A stretch of DNA of 64,000 bases from Chthoniobacterales bacterium (GCA_049282095.1 JBAPTI010000004.1:1770-65769), one strand, 5' to 3'. Counted from the stretch's first letter, positions 28,963 to 39,539 are shown. Numbers and translations are program-made. The notes: a model not told the origin generated them from the letters alone.

Positions 28963-30168
28963 TTGTCCGCTTCAACACCTCATATCCTGCTGATGGCCAC
29001 GGCCGATGCACGGGGACATCTGATGCGCGGACAGTTGCTCTATCATGCCCTGCGTGCCCGCGGGGCGGAGGTTTCGGTCCTCACCACATCGGATGCAGGC
29101 CGTGGATTCTTTGCCGAATTCGGCGTGCCAGCGGAGGTGTTGTCGCGTCACTACGCGGTGCTTTTCGACAAGCGGCAAAAAATGCGGACATGGGCCACGG
29201 ATCTGCGTGTCACCACCTATTTTTTCCTGCCCTGGCATATGCTTCGCGATATCCGGCGCTTATCACGACGGGTGGCCGGGGTGGATCTGATCGTTAACGA
29301 TTCCTTCCATCCGGCCCTTCTGGTGATGGGCGGCCTGAATCCCTGGCGGCGTCGCACCGTTCATGTTTATGGCTGGAGCTTGAGGGAATCCCTCGAACGC
29401 AACTTCATGGGACGCATGTTGGGCCCTTGGGCGCACTTCTTTCATTGGTGGGTGGGATTCGGGCTGTCGCGTGCGAGGGGAAGGCTCGTGCATGATTTCG
29501 CCTTCCCGGTACCCGAGCGGGCGGATTTCTCATCGCCTGAACATCAATTGCCGACCCCGATTGCCTTGATCAACGCAGGGCGAGGCAAGCAGCCAGCTCG
29601 AAAAGTCGCGGTCTATCTCAACCCTCATTTTTCCGATCCTGCCTTGGCTGAGGCCCTGGAAACGGGACTTCAGGAAGCCATTGCGCGGTCTCCCGATGAA
29701 CATCATCGCAACATTGGCGATGAGTCCGCGGACGGGGGTGTCTTCTTCCTCGGCGAGGGGTATGCAGGGAGACCCGGATGGCGGCCCTATGCAACGGATT
29801 GGATTGATGTCGCCGCCCGTGCCGAGCTGCTTGTGTCAGCTCCCGGCATGGCGGCACTGGCTACCGCGCAAGCTCTGGACAAACCGATCATCCTCATTGT
29901 CACGGCTCAACCCGAGCAGCAAAGGAATGCAATCCGTGCGGCGTCGCTTGGCTTGCGCCACCGGGTGGTGTCATGGGATGAGTCAACGACGATGGAGCAC
30001 TTCAGAGAGTCGTTAAGGAAGGCTTATCGGGGACTGATTCTTGAAGATAAAAAATACTGCGGCCAGAGGGCGGGAACGATTGAGCCTGAAGCAGCTCTGA
30101 AGAAGCGTTTGGATGTCTGGGCGGATCTCCTGATGACGTGGGCCAATTCAGAACCCAAATGCATGTGA
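28963..30168 (+). CDS. Putative GT-B glycosyltransferase (MGT/MurG-like)
   Basis: TTG start (ATG 28993 is the alternative). N-terminal ILLMATADARGHL and C-terminal LLVSAPGMAALATAQALDKPIILI resemble GT1/GT28 nucleotide-sugar-binding folds. Weak call. Confidence 0.4.
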   Translation: MSASTPHILLMATADARGHLMRGQLLYHALRARGAEVSVLTTSDAGRGFFAEFGVPAEVLSRHYAVLFDKRQKMRTWATDLRVTTYFFLPWHMLRDIRRLSRRVAGVDLIVNDSFHPALLVMGGLNPWRRRTVHVYGWSLRESLERNFMGRMLGPWAHFFHWWVGFGLSRARGRLVHDFAFPVPERADFSSPEHQLPTPIALINAGRGKQPARKVAVYLNPHFSDPALAEALETGLQEAIARSPDEHHRNIGDESADGGVFFLGEGYAGRPGWRPYATDWIDVAARAELLVSAPGMAALATAQALDKPIILIVTAQPEQQRNAIRAASLGLRHRVVSWDESTTMEHFRESLRKAYRGLILEDKKYCGQRAGTIEPEAALKKRLDVWADLLMTWANSEPKCM

Positions 30169-31328
30169 CAGCCACCCCAAGAACTCTCCTGCACCAAGGG
30201 CTTTTCAGGACATTGCACGGGAGCCGCCTTGTCTACAACGCGACTTGGGAGGATCCGCGTATTGACCGGGCCCTTCTCGGGATAGATACGGCAAGCGAGG
30301 TGGTGGCCATCACGAGCGCGGGGTGCAATATCCTCGACATGCTGCTCGACGGCCCCAGGTCGATCCACTCAGTCGACATCAACCCCCGCCAGAATTTTCT
30401 GCTGGAACTCAAGATGGCGCTGATCAGGAGAGGGGATTTCAGCGATCTCTTCCAGTTCTTCGGAATCGGTTCGCATCCGGGCCGGCATGAAGTTTTCCGT
30501 TCTGCCCGAGGCTTTCTGAGCTCTGATGCGGAGCGTTTTTGGAGCCGTCGCCTCTCCATGTTCAGTCCAGCGGGATCCAGATCCTCCTTTTATTGGCACG
30601 GCACCGCGGGATCCGCCGCATGGTTGATCTGGAAAGTGGCCTCGCTGCTAGGGGTGAACCTGAGGGGACTCGCGCTGGCGCTCCTGGACGCCTCCTCGCT
30701 GGCGGAGCAGCGGGACATCTACTCCATGGCGGAGCCGCACATCTGGAAGCCTTGGCTAAAGTGGTTCCTGAGCCATCCGGCCTTGATGTCGCTGGTCGGT
30801 GTGCCGCCCGCACAGGTTCGCTTGATCGACAGATCCCATCCGGGCGGACTGCCTGGCTACATCCGGGACAAGTTTCGGCACGTGATGACGGAGGTTCCTT
30901 CCCGGGATAATTATTTCTGGCGCGTCTACACGACCGGATCCTACACGTTGGATTGCTGCCCTGAATATCTGAGGCGCGGGAACCAGGAGGCGCTCTCGGC
31001 GGCTCTTGATTCGGTCCGGCTCCACTCGACCTCGATTGCCGGCTTTCTGCGGAAGAATCCCGGCGTCTACTCTCACTTCGTGCTGCTTGACCACCAGGAC
31101 TGGCTTGCCTGGCATGACCCCGAAGGCCTGCTTGAGGAATGGGAGCTGATCCTGGCGAACAGCCGTCCCGGAACCAGGATTCTCCTCCGCTCTGCGGGCT
31201 TGGATTGCTCCTTTATTCCGGACGACATCGCCGGACGCCTGCGGTTTCGCCCCGACCTTTCCGAACCGCTCCACACCGCTGACCGGGTCGGGACCTACGG
31301 CAGTCTTCACCTTGCCGAGGTGCGATGA
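30159..31328 (+). CDS. btaA: DUF3419 / BtaA-like S-adenosylmethionine:diacylglycerol 3-amino-3-carboxypropyl transferase
   Basis: Motif block LVYNATWEDPRID...ITSAGCNILDMLL...VDINPRQNFLLELK is characteristic of DUF3419/BtaA. Overlaps the glycosyltransferase stop and is coupled to btaB by ATGA. Confidence 0.75.
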   Translation: MHVTATPRTLLHQGLFRTLHGSRLVYNATWEDPRIDRALLGIDTASEVVAITSAGCNILDMLLDGPRSIHSVDINPRQNFLLELKMALIRRGDFSDLFQFFGIGSHPGRHEVFRSARGFLSSDAERFWSRRLSMFSPAGSRSSFYWHGTAGSAAWLIWKVASLLGVNLRGLALALLDASSLAEQRDIYSMAEPHIWKPWLKWFLSHPALMSLVGVPPAQVRLIDRSHPGGLPGYIRDKFRHVMTEVPSRDNYFWRVYTTGSYTLDCCPEYLRRGNQEALSAALDSVRLHSTSIAGFLRKNPGVYSHFVLLDHQDWLAWHDPEGLLEEWELILANSRPGTRILLRSAGLDCSFIPDDIAGRLRFRPDLSEPLHTADRVGTYGSLHLAEVR

Positions 31329-31960
31329 GGAACGGAAACGCCATGGAGGAGCTCGAGCGATATTACCGGTTCCACGCAACCATCTACGACGCCACCCGAT
31401 GGCTCTTCCTTTTCGGGAGGAAGGGGATCCTCAAGGAAATCCGCGCACGCCTCCCTGAGGGTGGTGAGATTGTCGAGATCGGATGCGGCACCGGACGCAA
31501 CCTTGCGCATCTGGCCCGGATTTTTCCGGAAGCCCGGATAACGGGCATCGACCTCTCTCCCGAGATGCTGGCCGTCGCCTCCCGCAGGACGGCGTGCTTC
31601 GGCAAGAGGGTCATTCTGCGGCGGCAGATCCAGCGGGGCCCCCTGGAGACTCGCCCGGACGCGGTGCTCTTCTCCTACTCGCTGAGCATGATGAATCCAG
31701 GCTGGGACGAGGTTCTTGCCGCGGCCGTGGACAGCCTTGGCCCGTCAGGGATTCTTGCGGCCGTCGATTTCCACGACACTCCTGCGCGTTGGTTCAGGAC
31801 CCACATGGGTAATCATCACGTCTGCATGGAGGCTCATCTCCTGCCGCTTCTCTCGTCGCTGCTGGAGCCGGAGCACCTGGTTGTCCGCAGGGCCTATGGC
31901 GGCCTCTGGAGCTATGTCTCGTTTGTCGGTCGAAAAGCCGCAAACGCACCCTCCAAGTAA
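31325..31960 (+). CDS. btaB: BtaB-like SAM-dependent N-methyltransferase
   Basis: Class I methyltransferase motif I VEIGCGTGRNL, about 210 aa, immediately downstream of btaA. Confidence 0.65.
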   Translation: MRNGNAMEELERYYRFHATIYDATRWLFLFGRKGILKEIRARLPEGGEIVEIGCGTGRNLAHLARIFPEARITGIDLSPEMLAVASRRTACFGKRVILRRQIQRGPLETRPDAVLFSYSLSMMNPGWDEVLAAAVDSLGPSGILAAVDFHDTPARWFRTHMGNHHVCMEAHLLPLLSSLLEPEHLVVRRAYGGLWSYVSFVGRKAANAPSK

Positions 31961-31977
31961 CTCCGTTGCCAGCCGCC

Positions 31978-33597
31978 TCAGCCCGCCTGCGGTGGCTTCC
32001 TGGGCCCGTTGAGCAGCGTGCCGATCCAGGTGTAGCGGACCAGCCAGCGGTAGGAGGTGAGCAGTAGGGTTGTGACAACCACCATCACCATGAGGAACTT
32101 GAGGGAGGGTGGCCAACCGAGGGGCAACACCGCGATCTGGATCGCCAGTACCAGCGGAAGATGGGCGAGGTACATCCAGTAGGATGAGTCGGAGAACCAT
32201 TGGGCGCGGTAGCCGAGATGGCTGCAGTAACGGCCGAAGAGACCCATGATTCCGAGCGTGACGATCCAAGCGTAAGCGCATTGAACGAGTGATCCGGCCC
32301 AGCGGTTGCCAATCAGCACGAATGAGGCCGGCAACAGGATCAGCAGCCCAAGAGGAAGCAGGATCTTCCAGCCTGCTCCCATCCCGGTCTGCATGCCGTC
32401 ACGTGAAAAAACCGCGGCTCCGAACCAGAAGAACAGGCCGTAGTAGAGCAGAAGATGGGGCGGGGGAAGGGGTCCGAGCCAGACATCCGGCCCGAGCACC
32501 GTCCCCATGAATGCCTGAGGCAACAGGGTGAGAGGGGGAATCCACCATATGAACTTCCCGGAGGGAGGGAACCCCATCCGGACGGCCAGCGCAACACCCG
32601 CCACCAGCCAGAGCAGTAGCCACAGGAACCAGAGGTGGTCGAGCATCTCCTCGTCGAAGAGATGCAGGGAGTGACCGTTCACGCGGATCAGGAAATCGTT
32701 CGAGACAAGGAACTCCCTGTAACGTGCAGTCACCCTGTCGAACCACGAGGAAAAAGAGTTGGATCCCTGCGCCGGGACAAGCAACTCAAACGTATCATGT
32801 ATTCTTCCGCGCAGTTCAGGATCCCCGGGAAGTTCGAGTCCGAGTTTGACGGCGGCATCCTTCTTCAGCTCCAACATCGCGGCGCAGACGCCCAGGGGGG
32901 TCGATCCCGCATTGTTCCTTGCGGATGGATCCGCGCCATGCTCGAGAAGCAGGCGGACTGTCCGGGGATGGCAGAACAATGCCGCTTCATGAAGCGGCGT
33001 GTTCCCGGAGGAATCCTGCCCGCGGAGGTCCGCCCCGTGCTCCACCAGGAGAGAGACCGCCTGATCGTTTCCCGAGAGCGAAGCCCAGCAGAGAGGGGTT
33101 AAACCATAGGCAGGGTCGGCCTGATTGACGGATGCCCCCATGTCGAGTTGGCGCATGACTTCGAACTGATCGCCCGAAAGGATCGCATGGACGAGAGGAC
33201 CCCGCTTCGCGGGGTCAGGCACGGACAAATCCCGCGCCTCCCGCTTGAGGAGATTATCCACGGGGACAATCGTGATCAGGGCAAGCAGCAGGGGGAAGAG
33301 GATCCTTCGGACCCGCTGGCTGATCATTCCACCAAGGCCGTGCCGTTGGAGGATGAACATCGTGAAGAATCCGCTGATCAGGAAGAACAGCGGCATCCGG
33401 AACATGTGGATCGCCGCATAGGGGATGAAAAAAAGGCCGTTCTGCCGGGTGTCCTGAACGGGCCAAGGGGTCGGGATGAAACTCAGCAATGCATGCAGGA
33501 CGATGCCGAGAAGCATCGCGACCCCGCGCAGGGCGTCGAGGTCGGTTCGCCTCGCGGAATTGGTGCGATGGCTGCCAAATGTCTTCGGTTCTGTCAT
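31978..33597 (-). CDS. Acyltransferase-3 family membrane protein with an inserted ankyrin-repeat module
   Basis: N-terminal LDALRGVAMLLGIVLHA (acyltransferase_3 signature) with about 10 TM helices. Between the TM blocks lie ankyrin consensus repeats (GLTPLCWASLSGNDQAVSLLVEHGADL, GNTPLHEAALFCHPRTVRLLLEHGADP, GSTPLGV). Confidence 0.7.
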   Translation of the reverse strand: MTEPKTFGSHRTNSARRTDLDALRGVAMLLGIVLHALLSFIPTPWPVQDTRQNGLFFIPYAAIHMFRMPLFFLISGFFTMFILQRHGLGGMISQRVRRILFPLLLALITIVPVDNLLKREARDLSVPDPAKRGPLVHAILSGDQFEVMRQLDMGASVNQADPAYGLTPLCWASLSGNDQAVSLLVEHGADLRGQDSSGNTPLHEAALFCHPRTVRLLLEHGADPSARNNAGSTPLGVCAAMLELKKDAAVKLGLELPGDPELRGRIHDTFELLVPAQGSNSFSSWFDRVTARYREFLVSNDFLIRVNGHSLHLFDEEMLDHLWFLWLLLWLVAGVALAVRMGFPPSGKFIWWIPPLTLLPQAFMGTVLGPDVWLGPLPPPHLLLYYGLFFWFGAAVFSRDGMQTGMGAGWKILLPLGLLILLPASFVLIGNRWAGSLVQCAYAWIVTLGIMGLFGRYCSHLGYRAQWFSDSSYWMYLAHLPLVLAIQIAVLPLGWPPSLKFLMVMVVVTTLLLTSYRWLVRYTWIGTLLNGPRKPPQAG

Positions 33598-33651
33598 GAG
33601 TCGCTGGAAACGGGGAGCCGAACTGCCTGCGGGTATCCCTGCCGGTAGGGA

Positions 33652-34659
33652 TCAGGGATGTGCGGATGGTGCCAGGATGATGACGGAGTTGGTTTTTTCC
33701 CGGGGAAGGGGCGCATTCGTTGACTGGGGAGCACCGTCGATGAAGGCATCCATCTGCTGACCGACATAGACCGGCACCTTGGTCTTGTCGAATTGGTAGA
33801 TCACCTGCAGGACGCGTGTGTCGACGCGCTCGGTGCTGTCACCGGTAAGTGATTTCTTCACGGTGATGTATGGCTCGATCCGGACGAAGCGGAGCGGGAT
33901 CGCGTCGGAGCGCATCCCTTTGATGTAGGCGACCGCCGGCGCCCCGGCAATGACCCGGGAGGCGCTGTCCTCGTCGACATCGGCGCGGAGTTGCAGTCTG
34001 TCCGTTTCCCCGAGCAGGAGGGAGGGTGCGTTCGGATCGGAAGGGGCGACGCCCGCATACTCACCCTCGTGCATGTTCTGCCTCAGGATTTCACCGTCGC
34101 GCGGTGCGCGGACGGTGAGGAGATCGAGATTCACCTCCGCCTGAGTCAACTGGGCACGGGCCAGCTGGAGATTCGCGCAAGCAGAGTCGAACGCCGACTC
34201 GGCTGCCTGCAGGTCGAAGTACCTGCGCTTCTGCACATCCTCGCTGATCACCCGCTGTGCGAGAAGCCGGTCGGCGCGGGCGAGATCATCCTTCTTGTCC
34301 TCGATCTTGACCTGCGCCTCCTTGACCTGCGCCTCCAGCAGGGCAACCTGTGCCTGCTGAGCCGCCACTTTCGCCGTGGCGTCGCGGGTGTCCTGACGGA
34401 ACAGGGGGTCCCCCTTTCTCACCTGGTCCCCCACCTTCACGTAGATATCCATGATCAGCCCGGGCAGAATAGGGGCCACGATGACGTTCTCGTTGACCGC
34501 CTCCACGAGGCCGCGGGCCCCGATCGAATCGGCGTAGGGCGCGCGCGAGGGCTCGACCAGCGGGACCGGCGTCGGCAGCGGTTTCTTGAGCCTGAGGACG
34601 AGCAGCGTGACGGCGACGATCCCAAGGAGGGCCAGAAGGATGGAGAGACGTTTAAGCAT
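33652..34659 (-). CDS. HlyD/MFP periplasmic adaptor (DevB/MacA-like)
   Basis: N-terminal anchor, coiled-coil hairpin region, beta-barrel C-terminus. Last gene of the exporter operon. Confidence 0.75.
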   Translation of the reverse strand: MLKRLSILLALLGIVAVTLLVLRLKKPLPTPVPLVEPSRAPYADSIGARGLVEAVNENVIVAPILPGLIMDIYVKVGDQVRKGDPLFRQDTRDATAKVAAQQAQVALLEAQVKEAQVKIEDKKDDLARADRLLAQRVISEDVQKRRYFDLQAAESAFDSACANLQLARAQLTQAEVNLDLLTVRAPRDGEILRQNMHEGEYAGVAPSDPNAPSLLLGETDRLQLRADVDEDSASRVIAGAPAVAYIKGMRSDAIPLRFVRIEPYITVKKSLTGDSTERVDTRVLQVIYQFDKTKVPVYVGQQMDAFIDGAPQSTNAPLPREKTNSVIILAPSAHP

Positions 34660-35392
34660 GGTGGTACTCGGCGGCGGGACAACTCTTGATCACCCTGCCA
34701 TCCTCCATCTCGGCGATCGAGTCGGCGAAGGAAAAAATCCTGCTGTCATGGGTGACCACGATGACACAGCGGTCGGGACGGCAGGCGCTTTGCTTGAGCA
34801 AGTCAAGGGCATGGTGTCCCGTCTTGGCATCGAGCGAGGCGGTCGGCTCGTCGCAGATGATCAGCCTCGGTTCATGGACGAGGGCGCGCGCGATAGCCAC
34901 GCGCTGCTGCTGGCCGCCGGAAAGCTGCTTGGGAAAGGATCGGAGGCGTGTTCCAAGCCCCAGATTCTCAAGGATGGATGCCGCTTTCTCCTCCGCCTTC
35001 CGGTAGTTCCATCCCTGCAGGATCAGCGGCACGGAAGCGTTTTCCACCAGCGTGAGCGTCGGGATCAAATTGAACTGCTGGAAGATGAACCCGACGTTTC
35101 TGCTTCGAAATCCGGTGATCTCCGCGTCGCTCATCGTCCCAAGGTCCTTGCCGAAGACCTCGATGCGCCCGGAATCGGTCCTCATCGTGCCGCAGATGAC
35201 ACTCAGCAGAGTGGTCTTTCCGCAGCCGGAAGGTCCCACAATCATGGTCAACCGACCGCTGAGCGCCTCGAAGGAAACATCGCGGAGGGCGTAGGTCGGC
35301 GTGTCGCCGTTGGGGAAGGTCTTGGTCACCTTCTCCACCCTGACGGCCACGGGAAAGGAGATGTTCGCGGCCTTGTTTTCCTCGGCGCTCAT
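34652..35392 (-). CDS. ABC transporter ATP-binding protein (DevA/MacB-ATPase-like)
   Basis: ATG 35392 overlaps the permease stop (ATGA). Walker [10 protein letters not shown], signature LSGGQQQR, Walker B LIICDEPT. Confidence 0.85.
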   Translation of the reverse strand: MSAEENKAANISFPVAVRVEKVTKTFPNGDTPTYALRDVSFEALSGRLTMIVGPSGCGKTTLLSVICGTMRTDSGRIEVFGKDLGTMSDAEITGFRSRNVGFIFQQFNLIPTLTLVENASVPLILQGWNYRKAEEKAASILENLGLGTRLRSFPKQLSGGQQQRVAIARALVHEPRLIICDEPTASLDAKTGHHALDLLKQSACRPDRCVIVVTHDSRIFSFADSIAEMEDGRVIKSCPAAEYHHA

Positions 35393-36522
35393 TTGAAGAC
35401 GACGGCGGGTTCGAGCTTCGCGATCTGTCGCAGGCCAACCAAGGCGGAGAAGGAGCAGATGAGCATGATGATGCCGGCCACCGCAACGGGCACCTGCCAT
35501 GGCATGAAGAAGGGAGGGGTCTCGAGTTTGAGAACCTTGAGTCCGAAGAGGGTGGTCAATCCGACGCCGATCCCGAAGCCCACGATGCCAACCGAGAACG
35601 ACTGCAGGAAGACCATGGCCGTCAAGATCGGCATGCGGGCCCCCATCGCCTTGAGCGCCGCCAGATAGCGCAGGTTGTCGAGGATGAAGAGGTAGAAGGT
35701 CTGTCCGGCGATGGCGATGCCGACGATCATCCCCATCAGCACGACCGTGCCGAAAGAGATCGGGATGCCGGTGTTCCTGATATACCAACGGACGGTCGTC
35801 CAGAAGAGGTCATCACGGGCGAAGGCGCGCAATCCCGGCACGGCACTGATCCGCGCGGCAAGTTCCTGCGGCGGCACCCCGGGCTTCGGCTCCACGAGGA
35901 CGCAGCTGAGCATCTTTCGCTGCGGCTTGGCGAACTGGAGCGCGCGGTCGTACGTGGTGAAGACGTAGGGTTGGGCCAGGAAGCTGCGGTTTTCATGGCA
36001 GATGGCGACGACTTCGGCGCGCTTGTCGTTGATCTCGAAGGAGGTCCCGATATCGATGTGGATGCCCTTTTTGCGGTATTTCTCGACGCCGACCTGATCG
36101 ATGATCACGGCGTCGGGCAGTCGCAGGTCCTCGATGCGCCCCTTGAGGATTTCCATTGGCCTGCCGACGAAGGTTGCGGTGTCGAGGCCCGTCAACTGGA
36201 CGTTCTGAAAGGAGCCGTCGCTCAGGCGCGCCTGCTCGATCCCCAGATAGAGGGGAACGGCCCACTCCACGCCCGGGACGCTCCGCACGCGCGTCACCTC
36301 GATCTCGCGCAGGGGGATCACCTCGTTGACCTGCTCCACCTTGGCGTCGAAGACCCAGACCTTCGCATCGATGTTCCGCACGGTCGCGGTGGTCCAGAGC
36401 ATGATCCCGCAGAAGACCGATGTCTGCTGGGTCATCAGCAGGGAGCAGAAGGTCAGGCCGCCGACCAGCATCACGTACTTCGCCCTGTCCCGGAAGAGCA
36501 TGAGGAGGGCGATGCGGAGCAT
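35389..36522 (-). CDS. FtsX/MacB-type ABC permease (DevC-like)
   Basis: 377 aa: TM1, a large periplasmic domain, then 3 C-terminal TM helices. Confidence 0.7.
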   Translation of the reverse strand: MLRIALLMLFRDRAKYVMLVGGLTFCSLLMTQQTSVFCGIMLWTTATVRNIDAKVWVFDAKVEQVNEVIPLREIEVTRVRSVPGVEWAVPLYLGIEQARLSDGSFQNVQLTGLDTATFVGRPMEILKGRIEDLRLPDAVIIDQVGVEKYRKKGIHIDIGTSFEINDKRAEVVAICHENRSFLAQPYVFTTYDRALQFAKPQRKMLSCVLVEPKPGVPPQELAARISAVPGLRAFARDDLFWTTVRWYIRNTGIPISFGTVVLMGMIVGIAIAGQTFYLFILDNLRYLAALKAMGARMPILTAMVFLQSFSVGIVGFGIGVGLTTLFGLKVLKLETPPFFMPWQVPVAVAGIIMLICSFSALVGLRQIAKLEPAVVFK

Positions 36523-36687
36523 GGGGGGAGATCGGGATGAAACCTGAAACTGGAGACCTGAAAAGGAGGATGGGCTGAAGTTAGCGCATCAAGAGGAAAT
36601 TCACTTCCTTAAGGTGAATGGACCTGTGCCTCTGCGGTTAATTCTTGTTTCAGGTTTCAAGTTTCAAGCCTCAGGTTTCCTGCTGCG

Positions 36688-37275
36688 CTACCGCGCGGCA
36701 ATCTGCCTCTCCGCGTATTTGGCCAGCATGTCGTATTCGAGGTTCACGGGGCTGCCTGCGCGCAGGTCTCCGAGGTTGGTCTCCTGCAAGGTGTGGGGGA
36801 TGATCCAGAGACCGAAGCGATCGTCGGCGAGCGAGGCGACGGTCAAACTGACACCATTCACGGCGATCGACCCCTTCTCGATCAGGTAACGGGCTCCGGC
36901 CTCCGGCAGCGCGATGATCAGATTGAGGTCCGCTCCCTTGGTTTCCGCGGAGAGAACCTCGGTCGTGGTGTCGATGTGCCCCTGCACGAAGTGGCCTCCG
37001 AAGCGTCCGTCGGCACGCAGGGCGCGCTCGAGATTCACCCGGGTTCCCGGAACAAGCCCGCCTAGATTGGTCCGGGCGAGGGTCTCTCCCAGCAGGTCGA
37101 AGCATGCCGAATCCCCATCGGTCGAGGTGACGGTGAGGCAGCAACCGTTGACGGCCAGGCTTTCGCCGAGGGAGAGCCCGGCGGCGAGCGGGGTCTCCAA
37201 AGTCAGGCGGGCGGCATCACCGCGCCGGTCAAGGGAACGGACGCGACCAATCGATTCGACAAGTCCGGTGAACAT
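36688..37275 (-). CDS. ribE: Riboflavin synthase alpha chain
   Basis: MFTGLVESIGRV N-terminus and the duplicated lumazine-binding repeat (NGCCLTV / NGVSLTV). Confidence 0.9.
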   Translation of the reverse strand: MFTGLVESIGRVRSLDRRGDAARLTLETPLAAGLSLGESLAVNGCCLTVTSTDGDSACFDLLGETLARTNLGGLVPGTRVNLERALRADGRFGGHFVQGHIDTTTEVLSAETKGADLNLIIALPEAGARYLIEKGSIAVNGVSLTVASLADDRFGLWIIPHTLQETNLGDLRAGSPVNLEYDMLAKYAERQIAAR

Positions 37276-37284
37276 GCCGTCAGG

Positions 37285-38571
37285 CTACCTGAGAAAGAGC
37301 CAGCCGACCAGCGCGAGCACGGGAAGCAGGATCGGGATGGCGTAGCGGACGATGTAACCGAAGAATCCCGGAGTGTTTGCGCCGAACTGGGTTGCCACGC
37401 TCTTGACCATGAAGTTGGGCCCGTTGCCGATATAGGTCATGGCGCCGAAAAACACCGCGCCCATTGAGATGGCGATCAGGTGCCTGGGATCATGGGTCGC
37501 GATCCGGAGGACATCCTCGGGATTGCCAAGCATCCCTCCCTTCAGGCCCAACTCCACCGAGAGGAAGGCCAGGTAGGTGGGGGCGTTGTCGAGGAAGGAG
37601 GAAAGGGCGCCCGTCAGGTAGAAGAAATGGAGCGGGCCCATCCCAAGGGAACCGCCCAATTCAGGGGCGTAATGCTCCAGGTAATCCAGAGCCGGCACCA
37701 TTGTTGCGAAGATTCCGAGAAAGAGCCATGCCACCTCCTTGATCGGGGCGAAGGTGAAGTCGTTCTTTTGATGGGTGAGGCGGGGGGTGAGATACCAGGA
37801 GAGGAGTGCCGCCGCCACCATGAGAAGTTCCCTCCAGGGACTGGGTAGAAACACAGCGGCCAGGATGGCACCAAGCGCCGCGAGATTCCCCAGTCCCTCA
37901 ATGCTCCAGCGTTCCTCCGCAGTCGCCTCATCGCGCACGACGCGCGGGGCTCGCAGGAAGTTTTCCCGGTCGATGAGGTAAAAAATCCCGAGCAGCAGCC
38001 CCGTCGTCAGCAGCCATGGCCGCCAGAGATGCCCGAGCGTCCACCAGAAGGGGACACCCTTCAGGAATCCCAGGAAGAGCGGCGGATCGCCGATCGGGGT
38101 GAGGGCTCCGCCGACATTCGAGATCAGGAAGATGAAGAAGACACAGTGGAATCCGGTGATCCGGTATTTGTTCATCCGGATCCAAGGGCGGATCAGCAGC
38201 ATGGAGGCCCCCGTAGTGCCGATGATGCTGGCCATCACCGAACCGATCATCAGAAAGATCACATTCCTCAATGGCGTGGCCTCGCCGGAGACACCGATGT
38301 GAATGCCTCCCGCCACGATGAAGAGCGCGGCCATGACGACGACGAAGCCGACATATTCATGGAGCGGATCGAGCAGGCGGGCCGCACCTCCCGGAACCGC
38401 GATATAGTACAGGACCGTCACTCCTCCGAGGAGCACGGACACCTTCGGGTAGTGCCTCTCCCACCAGTGCGTTGCCAGGAATGGCATCCCTGCGATCGCA
38501 AGCAGGAGTACCGCAAAGGGGAGCAGAAGCAGCGGGGGCGGCAGGGCGTTGTGAAGATCCGCGGCAGGCAT
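37285..38571 (-). CDS. Ion-transporter superfamily permease (ArsB/NhaD/citrate-transporter-like)
   Basis: ATG 38571 (MPAADLHN...), about 12 TM helices. Overall resemblance to NhaD-type sodium:proton antiporters. Family-level call only. Confidence 0.5.
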   Translation of the reverse strand: MPAADLHNALPPPLLLLPFAVLLLAIAGMPFLATHWWERHYPKVSVLLGGVTVLYYIAVPGGAARLLDPLHEYVGFVVVMAALFIVAGGIHIGVSGEATPLRNVIFLMIGSVMASIIGTTGASMLLIRPWIRMNKYRITGFHCVFFIFLISNVGGALTPIGDPPLFLGFLKGVPFWWTLGHLWRPWLLTTGLLLGIFYLIDRENFLRAPRVVRDEATAEERWSIEGLGNLAALGAILAAVFLPSPWRELLMVAAALLSWYLTPRLTHQKNDFTFAPIKEVAWLFLGIFATMVPALDYLEHYAPELGGSLGMGPLHFFYLTGALSSFLDNAPTYLAFLSVELGLKGGMLGNPEDVLRIATHDPRHLIAISMGAVFFGAMTYIGNGPNFMVKSVATQFGANTPGFFGYIVRYAIPILLPVLALVGWLFLR

Positions 38572-38641
38572 GGCAACGCTGTCTTTTTCATGGACTTCCG
38601 GCCATTCGCGAGCAAATTCAATCACCTTGAATATTTTCCGG

Positions 38642-39373
38642 ATGTTGAAACACCTCACGCTTCTTCCCCTGCTGCTCCTTGCCGGTTGCGCCTCGGTCAG
38701 CGTGGGCAACATCAACCCGAAGGGGAAGCCTCCCGGGAAACTCCCCGACAAGATCTATGTGCAGGAGTTCACCGCTCCATACGACAGCTTCCGCGTCGAC
38801 CGCAGCAACCACGACCTGTTGGCCTTCGTGAAGGCGGAGCGTCGGGCCCTGGCCGTCAACATTCAGGAGCAACTCACCAAGCACATCGCCCCCGCCGAGG
38901 TTCTCCCCGAGGGGGCTCCCCTGCCCAAAGGAAACTTCTGGCTCGTCAAGGGCGTCTACGACCGGGTGAATCAAGGGAGCCGCGCCTTGAGGATCGGCGT
39001 TGGATTCGGCGCCGGCGGCACCAAGCTCGAGACCCGCGTCCAGATCCTCGATCTCTCCGGCAAGACTCCTTCCATGTTTCTCAGCATGCTGACCACGGGC
39101 GGCTCGGGTCTTGCACCGGGTGCCTGGGCCGCCTTCACTCCGGCGGGGGCTTTCTTCATTCCCGGAGCGGTGGCGAATGCGGGGGGGGCCTCCCTCGGGG
39201 GGCTGTCCGTCGACCGCGTCAGGACCGCGCGCGAGATCACCGCCACCCTTTCGGAATACTGCTTCCAGAAGGGATTGATCACCGAGCGCCGGACCCGTCG
39301 TCCCAAGAAGGTCGGACTCCTGCCCGCCTTTCAGAGGCCCGAGTTCGTCATCCCGAAAAAGGGACTTCAGTAA
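38642..39373 (+). CDS. Lipoprotein, hypothetical (DUF4410-like)
   Basis: ATG 38642, lipobox LLLLAGCAS. Confidence 0.55.
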   Translation: MLKHLTLLPLLLLAGCASVSVGNINPKGKPPGKLPDKIYVQEFTAPYDSFRVDRSNHDLLAFVKAERRALAVNIQEQLTKHIAPAEVLPEGAPLPKGNFWLVKGVYDRVNQGSRALRIGVGFGAGGTKLETRVQILDLSGKTPSMFLSMLTTGGSGLAPGAWAAFTPAGAFFIPGAVANAGGASLGGLSVDRVRTAREITATLSEYCFQKGLITERRTRRPKKVGLLPAFQRPEFVIPKKGLQ

Positions 39374-39539
39374 TTGGGGGTCTGCCTCACCACAGCTTCC
39401 CATGGTGCGGGGGCCGTGGGCTGATGGAGGTGATGGTCGGCGAACGGGACTTCCCAAGAGGCCGCGCCTCTGATTTGCTCTTGAGCTTGCCCAAAAAGAG
39501 GCCTTCGTCTCTTCCCATGCTCCAACAGCCAACACACCC

